Shown here in pieces: positions 61,073 through 64,000 of a stretch of 64,000 nt of DNA (position 1 is its first letter; each line of letters opens with the position of its first letter). The position numbers were made by a program, and so were the translations under genes. The stretch is from Phaeosaccion multiseriatum (lineage: Eukaryota > Protista > Ochrophyta, other classes). The notes under the pieces were generated by a model, which was not told the DNA's origin, did no database searches, and saw nothing but the letters and a program-made list of their open reading frames with translations. The stretch lies in assembly GCA_965112735.1 (NCBI GenBank), contig OZ218952.1, positions 3,968,001 through 4,032,000 on the forward strand, read 5' to 3'.

Positions 61073-61104
<32 letters not shown>

Positions 61105-61859
61105 GACACACACACACACATTCCACGCACCATATGAGTGATCAATCCAGCCCGGCATATGCTTCGTGATGGCAAAGTGCTGCGGATCCGCAAGCCCCAC
61201 CCCGATGGTCGTCTTCTCCCCGGGAGACACCACCGTAACTTCAAAGTAGTTGCCCGACTCCGCGCTGCCCTGAGCGGGCTGCCACACCAGCCCTCGAGCA
61301 AAGACGCACGCCACGCTCTCCACTACGGGTACATGAGCCAAAGTGCAGAGCTCTGACAGCTGTACTTCCTTGGCCTTGCGGCCACGTGGGGAACCTGTCG
61401 AGATGGGAGGTCAGAGGGAGGTGTGAGGAAGGAGGGAGTGAGTGGTGGGAGGGGGGGGGGGGGCGAGAGAGGGATGGAGCAAGGAAGGGAGGGAGGGAGG
61501 GACGGACGGACGGACGGACGGAGGCAGGGAGGGGCTAGAAACCCCAGCCCACTGGTACCTGAGCCAAACCAACCAACGCACCGTCCAGGATCGGAACCCC
61601 TCTCTCGACCAACCCTTCCACTCGAGCCTCGATCGCCTCCTCGAGGTCCTTCTGCGCCTGTTCCTCCGCGGCGGTCTCGTCGTGCCTCCGTGCCTCTGCG
61701 TGTTGGTGATACAGGTTCGACAGGGTGGCGTACGCCATTAGCACCCCGCTCGTTGCAGCCGCGGAGTTGCCTCCAAACAACAAGGAGAGGGTAGCTGGAG
61801 CTGGAGCTGCCGATGGTGTTCCATCACCACCGCCGTCGTGCTCCTCTTCTTGTTGCCCC

Positions 61860-61895
<36 letters not shown>

Positions 61896-63052
61896 AGCCC
61901 CTGTTGGCCGAAGCGCTCCAGCACGTCCCTTACGCTGCCCTCCAGCCCCAACTCGTGGAGCACAGGGGGGGGGCACACCTCTCTCGGCACCTGCAGGGCA
62001 TGTCTCGCCACCTCCCTAGCGAGCAAAGACCCGTCCAACAGCCCGGCCCGCACGCTCTCCATCGCCCACGGAGCCCAACCACTAGTGCTGCTGCCGCTCT
62101 GAGTCGCGTCGGTTCCTTCCAAGCGGCGTCGGGCAATGTCCGAGAGCCTCCTCAGCCCCACGACCTTCTTGAGCAGGGGCAAAATGCCGCACTGCGCGAG
62201 AAAGCGGTAGTCCCTTGCTTCGTAGTCCAACGCCCAACACGTGAGCAGCACATGCACAGTGCCCGACTGGAGACAGTCATAGGCCCGCCCCACCACGGGG
62301 CACAGCAGCTCGTACAGCCGCGAGAAGGCCGTCTGCACACCGCTCAGCACACCCGCGCTACATCCTTCGAGGTCGTTGAGGTAGTGATGGCGACTCAGTG
62401 CTGCCGCTGCCGCTGCCGCCGCTGCTGCCGTCGCTGCTGCTGCCTCTGCCTCCCGTCCGCCCCCTCCTCCTCCTCCTCCTCCTCCTCCAGCCGGTCCATC
62501 CCCTCGGCTCGTCCCATCCACCCCCCATGCCCTCCCCTCGGGCTGTTTCCCTCCTTCCTCTTGCCCCCCGCCAGAGCCCTCCCCCCTCTCCTCGCTGCGG
62601 ACGCTGTGGAAGGCCGGACGAAGAAAGGCAAGGGCGTCTGCCAGAGCCGAATGTAGCGGCGCAGGAGCATCGGCACCAGCAGCAGCGCTCGCACCTGCGC
62701 CGACGACGGCAGCGCTACTTTCTTTCTGACCCTCCCCCTTACCCTCACCTTCCGACCCGCTGCTGCTGCCTTTAGAAGACGGCGAGACACCGCCGATAAG
62801 AGATGCTTGCGATGGTGCCTGTGGCAGCTTCGGTAGCGGCAGCAATGGCGAAGGTCTCACCAACGTCTCCACGAGGGCCTTGAGGCCTTGCAGGCCGAAG
62901 GAACGCATGGCGGCCCTCTGACTGCGCGCTTTGAGGGCTCCTCTCAGACGAGCAGGGGTGGCCAAAACACCACCTGTGAGGATATACAGAGCACACGCCT
63001 GTGCGGCAGCCATGGCCGGAGACATAGCGTCGAAGACCTCCTCCTCCTCCTC

Positions 63053-63089
<37 letters not shown>

Positions 63090-64000
63090 TCGTCATCATC
63101 ACTATCACTACGGCCATCGCCATCACCATCACAGTAACCACCATGCTCACCACCCTCTCTACCATCGTGGATGCCTAGGTGCTGGTGGTCGTTGTCCTCC
63201 GCCTCCTCGTTGTCGGCCTCGCTGAAGCTCCCAAACGCCTTTACAAGACGACGCCCTGTTCCCACTCCTCCGGAACCACTGGGGTAGCGTTTGCCGTGTT
63301 CCCACTCCTCCTCCCACAGCGCCAAATGTGCCCCTCCTCCCCGCCTCCTACCCAAGAAGGAAGACGACGCTGCCCGCTTCAAGGGGCGTTGCAATCCCAC
63401 GTCCCCTCTTCCTCCTTCCTCTTTTCCTTCTTCTTCTCTCTCTCGACCTCCATCGAGGCTCTGTGGCGTACCGGGCAGCCCCAGTCCTCCCCACCCCCCT
63501 CGGCTACCCCCGAGTGGAGACCCCGCGTACTGCTGTAGAGAGAGCAGCCCTGACTCCCCTCCTCCGTAGCTGCTGGAGCGAGACACCGCCTGTCTCTGTA
63601 GCGAGGTTAGAGACTTGCGACGCATGCGCTGCTGCACACGAAGTACATCTTGCACGCCCTTCCACCGCTGCTGCTGCTGTAGGGCCATATGCTGCGGGTG
63701 TGGGTGCGCGTAGTGTCCGAGGCTGCTGCTGCTGCTGCTACTGACTGGTCTCGCCGCTAGTGATCCTGCCAACCCATGCTCCTCACCACTGCGCCACCTC
63801 ATGAGCTGATGCTGCACACCCACAGGTGGAGGTGTAGGTAGGGAAGACATGTTGTCAGCGAGCATGTGCATGAGTTCGGCATTCGAGTGCGTCGCCATTT
63901 GCGAGGCCGTGGCTGACTCTAACTCGGCCTCCGACTCGTCATGTTCAGTACCCGTAGGGAGGATGGTCGAGGACGCCATCTCGAGGAGGAAGAAGGAGCG
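36386..64000 (-). CDS. Giant HECT-type E3 ubiquitin ligase with two SPRY domains, a UBA-like segment and a Vps62/DUF946-like region; 5' end probably outside the window
   Basis: HECT: FVGEDGVDAGGPFRE, LLIPCPN, FAGKLMGLSLR, FWKVL, FLRFAWGRSRLP, catalytic LPVSHTCFFSVELPEY, stop at 36386. SPRY1 ~61375-60690 (NYFEVTV, PGW...SYGYHGDDG, GDVIGCG, TRNG, VNFGLAPF). SPRY2 ~48150-47150 (GKWFYEV, VRVGWA, GDIVGCC, VNFGSRPF). Vps62-like ~46550-45630 (IWRPRAP...AVGDIA, LWRPIP...ALGDFA, IWNVQNGLGTF). Confidence 0.93.
46005..46104. repeat. (ATAC)n array in a HECT gene intron
   Basis: Directly visible. Confidence 0.9.

Overview
GC-rich, intron-rich eukaryotic genomic DNA, probably from a photosynthetic stramenopile (ochrophyte), inferred from a signal peptide plus an 'SSFAV' (ASAFAP-like) plastid-targeting motif. 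Most six-frame ORFs are microsatellite artefacts. Splicing GT-AG exons by eye gives eight genes. In order: a 3'-partial protein with a KOW-like motif (-), DIS3L2 exoribonuclease (+), bacterial-type glutaredoxin-2/GrxB with a plastid presequence (-), SRR1-like (+), a C-type-lectin/beta-helix protein (-), a CCDC81-like HU-domain protein (+), a divergent two-domain CrcB/FEX-like membrane protein (-), and a 5'-partial giant HECT E3 ligase with two SPRY domains and a Vps62/DUF946-like region (-, >27 kb). The most unusual signal is a dispersed ~15-bp motif, CAGTTGGTGATACAG / CTGTATCACCAACTG. I counted 14 exact copies of its 10-mer core and about 10 variants. They lie in exons (read in four different frames), in introns and in intergenic DNA, on both strands, usually embedded in CAG/CTG repeats. 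Introns also show a polarised microsatellite architecture. All exon boundaries are manual estimates.
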